A stretch of DNA of 64,000 nucleotides from Candidatus Pacearchaeota archaeon (GTDB lineage Archaea > Nanobdellota > Nanobdellia > Pacearchaeales > GW2011-AR1). Below are positions 1 through 8,979 of the stretch, one piece after another (the first letter of the stretch is position 1; each line of letters begins with the position of its first letter). The stretch is taken from contig JAGVXK010000021.1 in the NCBI GenBank assembly GCA_018303825.1, forward strand, positions 46,694 through 110,693. Direction: 5' to 3'. The notes beneath the pieces are model-generated. The model saw only the letters and a program-made list of their open reading frames with translations, was not told the DNA's origin and made no database searches. Both the position numbers and the translations under genes were made by a program.

Positions 1-2391
1 AGCCTGTCCCTGCGTTGCTCCACTATAACCTTTTATCAAACTTATAGTCGAATCTGACGCATTTACTTTCCCCCCACTTCCAGAAGGATATGCGGAACCG
101 GCAGCATCGTTGGCTCCGCCATAAATGTTTAAAGTCCCCAAAATAGAATTAGTAGACAATATTATTCCTCCTGTTCCTCCCCTATAAATTCCTCCAGTTC
201 CCCCATAAGCATTTATCGTTGTGATATTTGAAGAGGTTGCATTTATCGTTCCCCCATTTCCTCCGCTACCAAGCACACCAAAATTACCACCATAACTATC
301 TATTCTGTCTATCGTGGAATTAACTACAACCAAGTCCCCTCCATTATACCCCCAATTGTTAATATCAGTCGCCCCAAAATTGGCAATATCGATACTAAAG
401 TTGTTTATTATGCAATTTCTCAAAGTCAAACCATACCACCCATCACCTGTAAGATTTCTAGCACTAATACCATTTCCTGCTCCCTTTCCAATAATTGAAA
501 ATCCAGAACAGTTAATATTGACATTATTAGTAGTGACATTAATGCATGTCCCCGTAGAAGATAAAGACTGGTTAAGACTATAATTTCCAGCACTTAAGAT
601 GTCTCCGCACTGCCAGATGATATTGCTTACATTTGCCTCAGGGTCAACAACATAGTCATATTCAACATCCCCAATTGAAAGCAAGTCAAAAGTATCCTGG
701 CTATTAGTCAAATTCGTCAAAAATATTTGATATTTCCCATCTTCATTAACATTCTCGAATCTTGCTATTTCTTCAAGCCCATCTTTCTCATAAACTCCTA
801 TACTTGCATTAGTCGCCTTAGCATAAATGGTGATATCTTTCTCATTGGTTAAATTCTGCTCAAAAGTTACCCTAATATAATGTCCGTTTGGAATTAAAGA
901 ATAAACACTATCTCTGGTTTGAACAAGAGAATAAACATCCTCTATGTAAGTTCTATTTTCATCAAGATGCTCTGCTTTTGTTATTAAGATAATTTCAAAA
1001 GTCTGATTGCTTAAATGAGGAGTTATCCACTCTATATAATCAAGCTTTCCATTTTCGTTATTATCATAAGCATCAAATTCAACAAGGGACGCATTTTCCT
1101 TCCAATAAACCCTTATTTTATCCTCTTGCCCAACATTGTAAAGCTCGGGAATCTCAGTATAACTCAAGATGTCAGTATAGTTCAAATCATCCGGACCGCT
1201 TATAACAACCACCTTTCCGTTGCTTGTTTCTGTTTCAATCGCGGTAGGGGCAGGAGTCTCGTATTCAATGACATATTCGGTTGCATTATCCTGTAAAATA
1301 ACGTCAATGCCATCTGCAATAGGTTCATCTATAACCCTTCCAGTAAATACCCCAAACATTTTCTTAAACCATCTTTTCAATAAAGGCTCTCTTTTTAATT
1401 CAATATCCAAAGCAACATTTCCAGTTATAATTGAATTAGCTTCCTTTTCGACATCATTCCCATCAACCTGCTCTATTTTCTTTACTTCTATAACTGTGGC
1501 TTCCTTAGGCAGCTCAACTATTGCCTCTCCTGGAGAATCAAGAGAAACATTCTTTGTCCACTTGACCGGCTGACCAAGCCTGATTGCTCCGCGAGAAAGC
1601 TTAACATCAATTATTGTTGCGTTTGTATCATTAAGAATAGTTTGATTAATTAGCGTTTCATTTAAGAGGGTAGTATTTATAGCGGTGATATTGGTTAAAG
1701 TTTCATTATTAGGAGTCAAATTACCAGTAAAATTAGCAGAAATTACATTAATTATTGTTTCATTTCCAAGTTCAGAGACATTTTCATCGCCCAAACTATC
1801 ATTCATTGATGTTTCATTTATGGTTGTTCCACTAATTGTATCATTTACGACCACACCAATTACAGTTTCATTGTTTGTTGTCTCATTTGCGGGAGTTTCA
1901 GAAACAGTTTCATTATTAACTAGCTCATTTATCACTTCTGAAATGTTTTCGGGAGGTGTTTCTAAAAATATTTCTGAGGGAATTGGATTAGTTTCAACAG
2001 GTATTTCGGGAGGTGTTTCCTGGTCCTGTCCAGAAGAGCCATCAGTCACGCTAGTTGTTTCTACAGGAGTTTGAGTGCCATCTAGATTATTGCCGATTGC
2101 ATTGCCGAGAGTCTCACCAGCATTTTCCAAGGCCTGCCCTATATCCTGACCCTGTTCTTCTATCGTTTTTCCAGTAATAGACAGGTATCCAAGGTCTAAA
2201 ACAATTATTCCAAGCAAAAAAACAAGAAAAATCTGTAGAACAACCAGCCATTTTCTGTTATTTCTGCTGGTTCCAGGCAATGAAGTTCCAAGATATCTCT
2301 TCTGAACCCTTCCCTCTGCATCTCTATAAGACTCATAATAATAAGGACCCATCAATTTACCATTCTTTTTTACATACTTCTTATAAACCAT
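1..2391 (-). CDS. Very large membrane-anchored surface protein, partial (>=797 aa, runs off the left edge; absent from ORF track)
   Basis: Hand translation is stop-free from ATG at 2391 to base 1. N-term MVYKKYVKKNGKLMGPYYYESYRDAEGRVQKRYLG, then one TM helix (WLVVLQIFLVFLLGIIVL), a Pro/Glu/Thr- and NxT-rich stalk, a beta-helix-like region (CINVTTNNVNINCSGFSIIG) and Gly-rich repeats (GGNGGTIN, GGTGGI). Confidence 0.9.
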   Translation of the reverse strand, partial: MVYKKYVKKNGKLMGPYYYESYRDAEGRVQKRYLGTSLPGTSRNNRKWLVVLQIFLVFLLGIIVLDLGYLSITGKTIEEQGQDIGQALENAGETLGNAIGNNLDGTQTPVETTSVTDGSSGQDQETPPEIPVETNPIPSEIFLETPPENISEVINELVNNETVSETPANETTNNETVIGVVVNDTISGTTINETSMNDSLGDENVSELGNETIINVISANFTGNLTPNNETLTNITAINTTLLNETLINQTILNDTNATIIDVKLSRGAIRLGQPVKWTKNVSLDSPGEAIVELPKEATVIEVKKIEQVDGNDVEKEANSIITGNVALDIELKREPLLKRWFKKMFGVFTGRVIDEPIADGIDVILQDNATEYVIEYETPAPTAIETETSNGKVVVISGPDDLNYTDILSYTEIPELYNVGQEDKIRVYWKENASLVEFDAYDNNENGKLDYIEWITPHLSNQTFEIILITKAEHLDENRTYIEDVYSLVQTRDSVYSLIPNGHYIRVTFEQNLTNEKDITIYAKATNASIGVYEKDGLEEIARFENVNEDGKYQIFLTNLTNSQDTFDLLSIGDVEYDYVVDPEANVSNIIWQCGDILSAGNYSLNQSLSSTGTCINVTTNNVNINCSGFSIIGKGAGNGISARNLTGDGWYGLTLRNCIINNFSIDIANFGATDINNWGYNGGDLVVVNSTIDRIDSYGGNFGVLGSGGNGGTINATSSNITTINAYGGTGGIYRGGTGGIILSTNSILGTLNIYGGANDAAGSAYPSGSGGKVNASDSTISLIKGYSGATQGQA

Positions 2392-2476
2392 GTGGAACAA
2401 CTCTTTTTTATTGATAATCAGTACAAAAAGAGATATTTAAAAGTTGCTAAGTTGATGTTTGGGGGGTTGTTCTACA

Positions 2477-2923
2477 TTATTTCCAGAAGAAATAACTTTT
2501 TTTCTTCTCTATTCTATCCTCAAAATCAGCCAGATTTGCCTGCTTTGCTTCCTTCTTTTCCTTCAGATTAACGAATTTTTCATACATTACTTCTATATTT
2601 TTCTCGCACACAAAGTCATGCTGCCTAAATCCCCCGCCAAATGTCCTTGGAACATGCATTAACTCATGAATTATAACCTTGTCCTGCTCATTCTTATCCA
2701 ATCTATCAAATTTTTCAAGAAATTCAATGGCATAAAATGCCTTTGTTTTCATTGCCTTCTGCATTAACTTTCCAAGAGTATGACATCTTGCTATTGTCCT
2801 TCTTGTAGAAGAGCCAAAACTCCTTATGCATTCTATTCTATTGATATCTATATGACCCATATTTAGCATGGTTATTATCTCATTCATTCTCTCTTTCAAA
2901 TCTGGCGCATCTTCGTATTTCAT
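2477..2923 (-). CDS. Putative zinc metallopeptidase (small HExxH family)
   Basis: VIIHELMHVP zincin motif, preceded by IARCH; downstream HD. Confidence 0.7.
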   Translation of the reverse strand: MKYEDAPDLKERMNEIITMLNMGHIDINRIECIRSFGSSTRRTIARCHTLGKLMQKAMKTKAFYAIEFLEKFDRLDKNEQDKVIIHELMHVPRTFGGGFRQHDFVCEKNIEVMYEKFVNLKEKKEAKQANLADFEDRIEKKKSYFFWK

Positions 2924-2966
2924 TTTATGAACCTCAACTTTCCATGAGCTTTTTTAAAGGTCATCT

Positions 2967-4244
2967 TCATATTTCGCAATGATCTCCTAAATTATATAAT
3001 CCAGAAATCTCAGCTACAGTCAAGCTCCTACTCCATATCTTTACCTCATCTATAACTCCATCAAAATAATGACCTTCTTCGTTTACCTGGGCCGCATAAT
3101 ATCTCCCGATAATAAATTCCTGGCCACTCGCAGTATTTATGTTAACATTTCCATTTGAAGGAGAGCCGCCATTCACAGCATTGACATAAACATCAAAATC
3201 AGTCAATCCTATGCCCTTCCTTGTTATGACAACATGATTCCAGGCATTTATAGTCATTTTCCCCAATCCAGAAGTTGCCAATTCAGAACCAGCACAATCA
3301 ACGCTTAAATCTATTCGTCCAGTATCGTGAGTATAAACAGACCATCCATTTTCACAAACCCAGCTGCCATATCTTGAACCAGAGATGATTCCATTATATC
3401 CTGAAAAACTAGTAGGGTAAGCCCAAAAACTAATTGTAAAGTTGTTCTTAGCAAAATCAAACTCATTGCTATCAATTATTGAAACATAATCATTAATTCC
3501 ATCAAATCTCAATGCTGAACCAGTACCAACCTGGCAAGTTTCATAACCTATCCCTCCCTGTAAAGCCCCATCATTATTTCCAACCTGATCAAATGCATTA
3601 TCATCAAAATTCCAATAGGAAATAAATGAATTCTTATATTCACAATAACTAGTTGTTGACCCTGGATTAATGCAACTGTCTTGCGTGTTGAGATTGCCAT
3701 CCGTGCAATTAGAATCAACTGTGCAAATTATACTTGGTGGAATAGGTGGGCTGGGCGGACTAATGGTCCCCTCATCTCCTCTTACTGTATAAATATATTC
3801 ATTCTTTCCTTGCAATTCAAGCCCATCTTTATTATACACAAATGGAACAACACTTACTCTTCTAAGCAATCCAAGACCCGAACTAGAATAATCTATATTC
3901 TTTATTGTAGTTTGCAATTCATTAAGTGATTCGTTATATCTAAATGGCACTTTCTTCCCATTTATATCTTCTAGAACTATAACAAAGGCAGCCATATTTC
4001 CTGCTCCTTGTTCTCTCTTTATAGCTAGTGTTAAATTTCCCTGTGTTTCATTTAACCTAACAGATTCTCTTGGTATTGTCAATGAAGTTGTAAATATACT
4101 TGAATCTATCTGGCTTCCTGCCTTGTATAATGTATTTCTAAGAAAAGCCCATATCAATATAATTGCGGCCAATACAATCAATATAATTAAGATAACTGTA
4201 ATTATATCGCTCAAACCTTTTCTAGCAACACCTCTTTTAGCCAT
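2967..4244 (-). CDS. Type IV pilin-like protein with class III signal peptide, Cys-rich linker and C-terminal LamG/concanavalin-like domain
   Basis: RKG|LSDIITVILIILIVLAAIILIWAF; Pro-rich linker; SYWNFDD...FDGINDYV...WNHVV...FDGVIDEVKIWSRSL LamG motifs. Start placed at MAKRG (ORF track starts at 4292). Confidence 0.85.
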   Translation of the reverse strand: MAKRGVARKGLSDIITVILIILIVLAAIILIWAFLRNTLYKAGSQIDSSIFTTSLTIPRESVRLNETQGNLTLAIKREQGAGNMAAFVIVLEDINGKKVPFRYNESLNELQTTIKNIDYSSSGLGLLRRVSVVPFVYNKDGLELQGKNEYIYTVRGDEGTISPPSPPIPPSIICTVDSNCTDGNLNTQDSCINPGSTTSYCEYKNSFISYWNFDDNAFDQVGNNDGALQGGIGYETCQVGTGSALRFDGINDYVSIIDSNEFDFAKNNFTISFWAYPTSFSGYNGIISGSRYGSWVCENGWSVYTHDTGRIDLSVDCAGSELATSGLGKMTINAWNHVVITRKGIGLTDFDVYVNAVNGGSPSNGNVNINTASGQEFIIGRYYAAQVNEEGHYFDGVIDEVKIWSRSLTVAEISGLYNLGDHCEI

Positions 4245-4278
4245 TAAGAATAAAGAATAAATAGGTTTAAAATACTTT

Positions 4279-4494
4279 TTATAAAACTTCAAACACCCAA
4301 TCTTTGTTCATATCTTGCCCAGCATATTCTATTTTGCCAGGTGAGGCTCCTATTTTTCTGGAAAGCATATGTATAATCACATTTGCAGAATCATCATCTT
4401 GCTCAAAAGGAAGGTAAAGAAGATACTTATTACCTCCAAAATTCTCAAAATATTCTTTTGATGTATTGAACTTGACTTTTACAACTACTTTCAT
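4279..4494 (-). CDS. DUF167/YggU-like small protein, copy 1
   Basis: MKVVVKVKFN...ANVIIHMLSRKIG pattern resembles DUF167; 63/71 aa identical to 6203..6418. Confidence 0.6.
   Translation of the reverse strand: MKVVVKVKFNTSKEYFENFGGNKYLLYLPFEQDDDSANVIIHMLSRKIGASPGKIEYAGQDMNKDWVFEVL
4352..4431. repeat. 80-bp exact direct repeat, copy 1 (partner 6276..6355)
   Basis: ATTTTTCTGGAAAGC...GAAGATACTTATT is identical at offset 1924; a further 23 bp match after one mismatch. Confidence 0.95.
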
Positions 4495-4501
4495 CTTTTA
4501 G

Positions 4502-4678
4502 TTATCTCCCACATGATTTAAACCATCTTATAATATTTGGTTCCTTATTTAATTCTATGCCCAAACTTACATTCCCAGTCATTTTCTTCGCAACATAACA
4601 TATTAAAATCAAAAAGACAATGTGGTCTTCGTCTTTTGGATGTTCAAGATACTACTCTGCATTCAAGTATCTTGACAT
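4502..4678 (-). pseudogene. Truncated paralog of the small membrane protein at 6430..6678
   Basis: Frame reads ...IVFLILICYVAKKMTGNVSLGIELNKEPNIIRWFKSCGR* versus KKMTGNVSLNIELNREPAIVRWFKAFKS*. N-term is non-homologous and has an in-frame TAG at 4652-4654. Confidence 0.7.
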
Positions 4679-4683
4679 AAGGA

Positions 4684-6168
4684 TTATCCGCAATTATTAT
4701 TTAACTGGCAGGCATATAAACCATTAATTTCCTGCTGTGAAAGATTTCTATTCCATATCATTACTTCGTCTATTGTTCCATTAAAAACAACCTCTGGATA
4801 AGGGAAGATTCTCTTCAATGCGCCTATTGAAATATGACTTGGGTCACCATTTACCCCAAAGCTATCCGCTGCCCAATCACTTTGTGCCCCTGAGCCGCAT
4901 GGATAATTATTGAATGTAACTGTTTTTTCCACATTATCCAAAAATACCCTTATCTTATTTATTCCATCAGCCATAAAAACAACAAAATGCCAACTTCCAT
5001 TATTAACTTCAGCATCTGTGAAAAAGTGGCTCCAGCATCCTACTCCATTTATTTGATATTCGATAGTTAAATTCCCATTTGATACAAACCATGCATAATG
5101 GCCCCTCCAATTAAATATTTGATTTCCATATCCAATAATTATTCCGGAAGTAGATGAATTTGTCTTTATCCAGGCAGCAATAGTCCCTGATTGGGTGGTA
5201 TCTAAAAGATCATCTGAATTGGTAATAGCGTAATCATCCAGCCCATCAAAATCGATTGCTTTTCCATAACCGTTTCTACCAGAAGAATAAATTGGCATCC
5301 CGCCATAAAATGTTCCATGATAATTGTTACCCGAGCTATCTAGAGTGTTGTCTTCCATTTTATAATAAGCTATCAATCCGCCTGCTGGAACAACAAATTG
5401 GAATGTCTGATTATTGGCACTTGCATTCACAGATTCTCCGATTGAAGCATTCTTAGCTCTTATATGATAATATTGCTGTGTTAAGGGCAACAAACCAAAA
5501 TGTGCATACGAAACAATATTATTTGGAAGATCTATCAACAAAGAATATGGACCGTTGACATTGCCGGAATTCTCTAAAACATATCCTTCTTCATTTGAAA
5601 CATCATTCCAGGTCAAATTAATGCTATCATAGGAAAGAGTGCTTGCTTTAAAATTGGCAGGAGGATTTATTGTTGGGACTGGAGGTGGTGCGATAATTCC
5701 CTGCCCAGAAGAGGAAATTGTATAGCAATCTTCCTGTTTTCCCTGCAATTCCCTCCCCTCTTTATTCAAAACAAAAGGGACAACACAAACCTTTGTTAAA
5801 TTCATCAATCCAGAACTATAAGAGATAGTTTTTCCAATTGTCTGCAATTCTTGCAGAGATTCGTTATATCTAAATGCCTTTTTATTCCCCTTAATGTCTT
5901 CTAAGACAATAATAAAAGCGCTCATTGTTCCAATCCCTTCCTGCCTCTTGACAACTAATGATATATCTGTGCTATTTACCTTTACAGATTCTTCAGGAAC
6001 TGTCAATCTTGTTGTAAATACAGAAGCATCTACCTGACTTCCAGATTTAGAAATATTATACTTGAAGAATGCCCATATTAAAATGATCAAAGCCAAGGCA
6101 AGAAGTATAATTAAGATAGTGGTAATTATCGCGCTTATCCCTTTTTTGTTCACCATCCTTTTATTCAT
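4684..6168 (-). CDS. Type IV pilin-like protein with class III signal peptide, FN3 and LamG domains
   Basis: KKG|ISAIITTILIILLALALII; FN3 motif (PPANF..INLTW..GYVL..YYHIRAKN); LamG motifs (AYYKME, DFDGLDDY, WHFVV, FNGTIDEVMIWNRNL). Confidence 0.85.
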   Translation of the reverse strand: MNKRMVNKKGISAIITTILIILLALALIILIWAFFKYNISKSGSQVDASVFTTRLTVPEESVKVNSTDISLVVKRQEGIGTMSAFIIVLEDIKGNKKAFRYNESLQELQTIGKTISYSSGLMNLTKVCVVPFVLNKEGRELQGKQEDCYTISSSGQGIIAPPPVPTINPPANFKASTLSYDSINLTWNDVSNEEGYVLENSGNVNGPYSLLIDLPNNIVSYAHFGLLPLTQQYYHIRAKNASIGESVNASANNQTFQFVVPAGGLIAYYKMEDNTLDSSGNNYHGTFYGGMPIYSSGRNGYGKAIDFDGLDDYAITNSDDLLDTTQSGTIAAWIKTNSSTSGIIIGYGNQIFNWRGHYAWFVSNGNLTIEYQINGVGCWSHFFTDAEVNNGSWHFVVFMADGINKIRVFLDNVEKTVTFNNYPCGSGAQSDWAADSFGVNGDPSHISIGALKRIFPYPEVVFNGTIDEVMIWNRNLSQQEINGLYACQLNNNCG

Positions 6169-6202
6169 TAATCAATAAGAATAACTGCATTTAAAATACT
6201 TT

Positions 6203-6418
6203 TTATAAAACTTCAAAGACCGAATCCTTGTTCATATCCTGACCGGCAAAATCTATCCTGCCTGGCGGCGTCCCAATTTTTCTGGAAAGCATATGTATAA
6301 TCACATTTGCAGAATCATCATCTTGCTCAAAAGGAAGGTAAAGAAGATACTTATTCCCTCCAAAATTCTCAAAATATTCCTTTGACGCATTGAATTTTAC
6401 TTTTACTGTGACTTTCAT
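6203..6418 (-). CDS. DUF167/YggU-like small protein, copy 2
   Basis: Paralog of 4279..4494. Confidence 0.6.
   Translation of the reverse strand: MKVTVKVKFNASKEYFENFGGNKYLLYLPFEQDDDSANVIIHMLSRKIGTPPGRIDFAGQDMNKDSVFEVL
6276..6355. repeat. 80-bp exact direct repeat, copy 2
   Basis: Identical to 4352..4431. Confidence 0.95.
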
Positions 6419-6429
6419 TTTTCTTATAA

Positions 6430-6678
6430 TTAACTCTTAAATGCCTTGAACCACCTGACAATTGCTGGCTCCCTATTGAGCTCAATATTCAATGATACAT
6501 TTCCAGTCATTTTTTTCAAAATTAAGAATATCAAAAGCAAGACAACAATAATAACCAAAGACCACATAATATATCTCAACAGCTTGCTCTTCCTACTACT
6601 ATTAACATTCAATCTCCTTTCAATGTCCCTCCTATTAATTCTTTTAACATATAATTTTTTCACTTTCTTTTTTGCCAT
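6430..6678 (-). CDS. Small single-pass membrane protein, hypothetical
   Basis: Basic N-term, one hydrophobic helix, conserved C-terminal MTGNV...RWFK. Confidence 0.7.
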   Translation of the reverse strand: MAKKKVKKLYVKRINRRDIERRLNVNSSRKSKLLRYIMWSLVIIVVLLLIFLILKKMTGNVSLNIELNREPAIVRWFKAFKS

Positions 6679-6716
6679 ATTAAAAAATCAAGGAAAAAAG
6701 AGTATATAAGTATTTC

Positions 6717-7076
6717 TTAACTTTTACTTTGATCAACATTTCTTGAATACAAAGTTGAATCAAACAATATCATAGAACCTATTCCACTGTCCTTTGTCAC
6801 ATCAAATATCCTGTTGCTAACTTCGTAATGTTGTTTTACTTCCTCCTGGAGAAGTTCAATCAAACTTCTCTTTACTCTATTGTAAGTTCCATAATAGTCA
6901 AAATCGTAGGGCTTTGGTAAGCCTTCAAGCTTCATTGCATAATGATGTGCGCATAATTTTAAATCTCTAAGAAAAAAGGCGACAGTTTTTCTAAATTCTT
7001 TGTCTGTTGCATACTTATGTCCAAAAACCGCTCTACGGGACATCATATCATTAACAATTTCCTTAAAGCTTTCCAT
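6717..7076 (-). CDS. Hypothetical protein
   Basis: 119-aa ORF co-oriented with its neighbours; no recognisable motif. Confidence 0.55.
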   Translation of the reverse strand: MESFKEIVNDMMSRRAVFGHKYATDKEFRKTVAFFLRDLKLCAHHYAMKLEGLPKPYDFDYYGTYNRVKRSLIELLQEEVKQHYEVSNRIFDVTKDSGIGSMILFDSTLYSRNVDQSKS

Positions 7077-7086
7077 TTTTCTGCTC

Positions 7087-8274
7087 CTATTTAGTCATAA
7101 TCTCAAAGCCATCCATATGGTTTAATTTATAATCTTTCCCAACCGCCTTTTTAGTTCTTACATCTACTGCTTTCACAAAATTCTTCCCAATATCAGAATG
7201 TAATCTATAGGCAAAGTCAAGGGCAGTGCTGCCTTTCTTCATTAAATAACAATCTGGAAGAATATTTCCTTTTGAATCAGCCAATTTATCTCCCGCTGGA
7301 AATATAGCGATGTATCCTAGAACTTCAAGGACTGTTTTATTCAAAACTTGCTGCACCCCAGTAGTCCCAAACTCGTTCACGACTTCTTTTATCCTATCAA
7401 GAGCCTGCTTTTGCTTTCCGGAAAGCTCTTTTTTCTCAATAAATAAGCTTTCTCCTGCAACATATTCAATTAATCCTGCCTTGTCTGCCTCCCTTAATGC
7501 TAATTCCCCGTCAGCAAAGCAAGGAACCATAGGATAATCAAACTCTTTTTTTACTTTTTCATAATTTGCAGGTCCATTTGGAGTATCAACTTTATTTGCG
7601 GCAATTACCATTGGTTTTGTATATCTTCTTAATTCTCTTGCGAAATTAAATACTTGTTCATCAGTCCAGGAAGCAGGCTTTTCATAATTTAATTGCATTT
7701 TTAGCATTAAATGCTTAACATCATCTACAGTTACTTTCAATCCAGAAAACTGCTTTGCAACAGATTCAGCAAAATTAGAGTGCTGCATTTCTAATGTTCT
7801 TGCAAAAGTCTTCCAAACTTTTCTTAAAATCCCACTATACCATAAATCCAATTCCTTTTCAATTATTCTTATGTCATTTCCAGGATAATAGTCTTTTGTT
7901 GGCTTTCCTACCCCGTCAAATTCTCCTGACATGTCAACAATATGAATAAATGCATCTGCGGCGCTTAAATCAGCAAGGAATTCATTACCCAATCCTTTTC
8001 CCTCTGAAGCACCTTCAACAAGTCCAGCAACGTCCATTAAATCAAAGGGGACAAATCTCCATATTTTATCCCCTGCTTTTCTAACATAGCCCTCTCTCGG
8101 ATTGCTTATCTTCCCAAATTCAGCCGCAAGGTCAGGAATTTTGATATATCCCATCCCATGATTAGGTTTTATTGTCGCGAAGGGATAGCTCGCAATAAGA
8201 ACATCCATGAGCGTTGCTGCCTTAAAGAAAGTTGATTTGCCTGCGTTGGGCCTTCCTAGAACACCAATTAACAT
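7087..8274 (-). CDS. ychF: Obg-family YchF/OLA1-like NTPase with TGS domain
   Basis: G1 GRPNAGKST, YPFATIKPN, DVAGLV, NKVD, C-terminal AYRLHSDIG TGS motif. Confidence 0.92.
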   Translation of the reverse strand: MLIGVLGRPNAGKSTFFKAATLMDVLIASYPFATIKPNHGMGYIKIPDLAAEFGKISNPREGYVRKAGDKIWRFVPFDLMDVAGLVEGASEGKGLGNEFLADLSAADAFIHIVDMSGEFDGVGKPTKDYYPGNDIRIIEKELDLWYSGILRKVWKTFARTLEMQHSNFAESVAKQFSGLKVTVDDVKHLMLKMQLNYEKPASWTDEQVFNFARELRRYTKPMVIAANKVDTPNGPANYEKVKKEFDYPMVPCFADGELALREADKAGLIEYVAGESLFIEKKELSGKQKQALDRIKEVVNEFGTTGVQQVLNKTVLEVLGYIAIFPAGDKLADSKGNILPDCYLMKKGSTALDFAYRLHSDIGKNFVKAVDVRTKKAVGKDYKLNHMDGFEIMTK

Positions 8275-8304
8275 ATATCGCAAAGAAAATAGGAGTTTAA
8301 TAAA

Positions 8305-8874
8305 TTATTTGTTTTCAAGTTTTTCACCAATATTCTTATATATCTCTTCTATCTGCTTCACTGACCCTGCTAAATCTCCCTCATTAACAATTACAAAATG
8401 AGCCATTTCAATAAGCTTCCCAGTTTGTTGACCCATAGGGTCATTTACATCAAAATTATCCCTCTCATCCATTTTTAGAAAATCTTCCCATGTTTTTGGG
8501 TCAGATGATTTGTTTCTTCTCAAAATCCTCTCAAATCTAGCTTTTTGTGGAGCATCAACTCCAATCAAAACAAAATCCTTTACCGCCTCTTTGAGAAAGA
8601 CGGCTTCCCCTGTATTCCTTAAACTATCTATGATATAGTTTTTTCCAGGCTCCATCTTATTCAAAAACATCTTCATCAAAACACCAACCCCTTGCTCCTT
8701 CCTCAACCTATCAGCCAAATCCTGCTGATTCTTTCTAGTTATTTCCATTCCTTTTTTTTGTAGCTCTTCATTTATTAATTTAAAAGTTTCAAAATAGATA
8801 AACCCCTTATCCCTCAAAAATTGGGTAAGCGTCTCTTTCCCAGCGCCAACTCTTCCACACATACCAATAATCAT
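8305..8874 (-). CDS. P-loop nucleotide kinase (dephospho-CoA kinase-like, archaeal)
   Basis: IIGMCGRVGAGKET Walker A; IIDSLRN; RFERILRR lid. Confidence 0.75.
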   Translation of the reverse strand: MIIGMCGRVGAGKETLTQFLRDKGFIYFETFKLINEELQKKGMEITRKNQQDLADRLRKEQGVGVLMKMFLNKMEPGKNYIIDSLRNTGEAVFLKEAVKDFVLIGVDAPQKARFERILRRNKSSDPKTWEDFLKMDERDNFDVNDPMGQQTGKLIEMAHFVIVNEGDLAGSVKQIEEIYKNIGEKLENK

Positions 8875-8979
8875 AAAACTAAATTAGAAACTTGCTATAA
8901 ATACCTAAGCTATCATTTTATGATAGCAAATTTATCTATCTTTAACAAGATTTATTAAAAAACAAATCCCGCTAAAAAG

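Noticed and set aside
314-2074. Plus-strand ORFs 314..583, 1015..1296, 1220..1573 and 1685..2074
   Set aside because: Antisense shadows of the continuous minus-strand surface-protein ORF
4652-4654. Amber read-through (pyrrolysine or recoding)
   Set aside because: Other genes end normally at TAG (e.g. 49076..50377), no pyl genes are seen, and the upstream codons are not homologous to the paralog
4262-6420. Diversity-generating retroelement TR/VR pair
   Set aside because: Mismatches between the copies are mostly synonymous and not adenine-specific, and no reverse transcriptase is in the window
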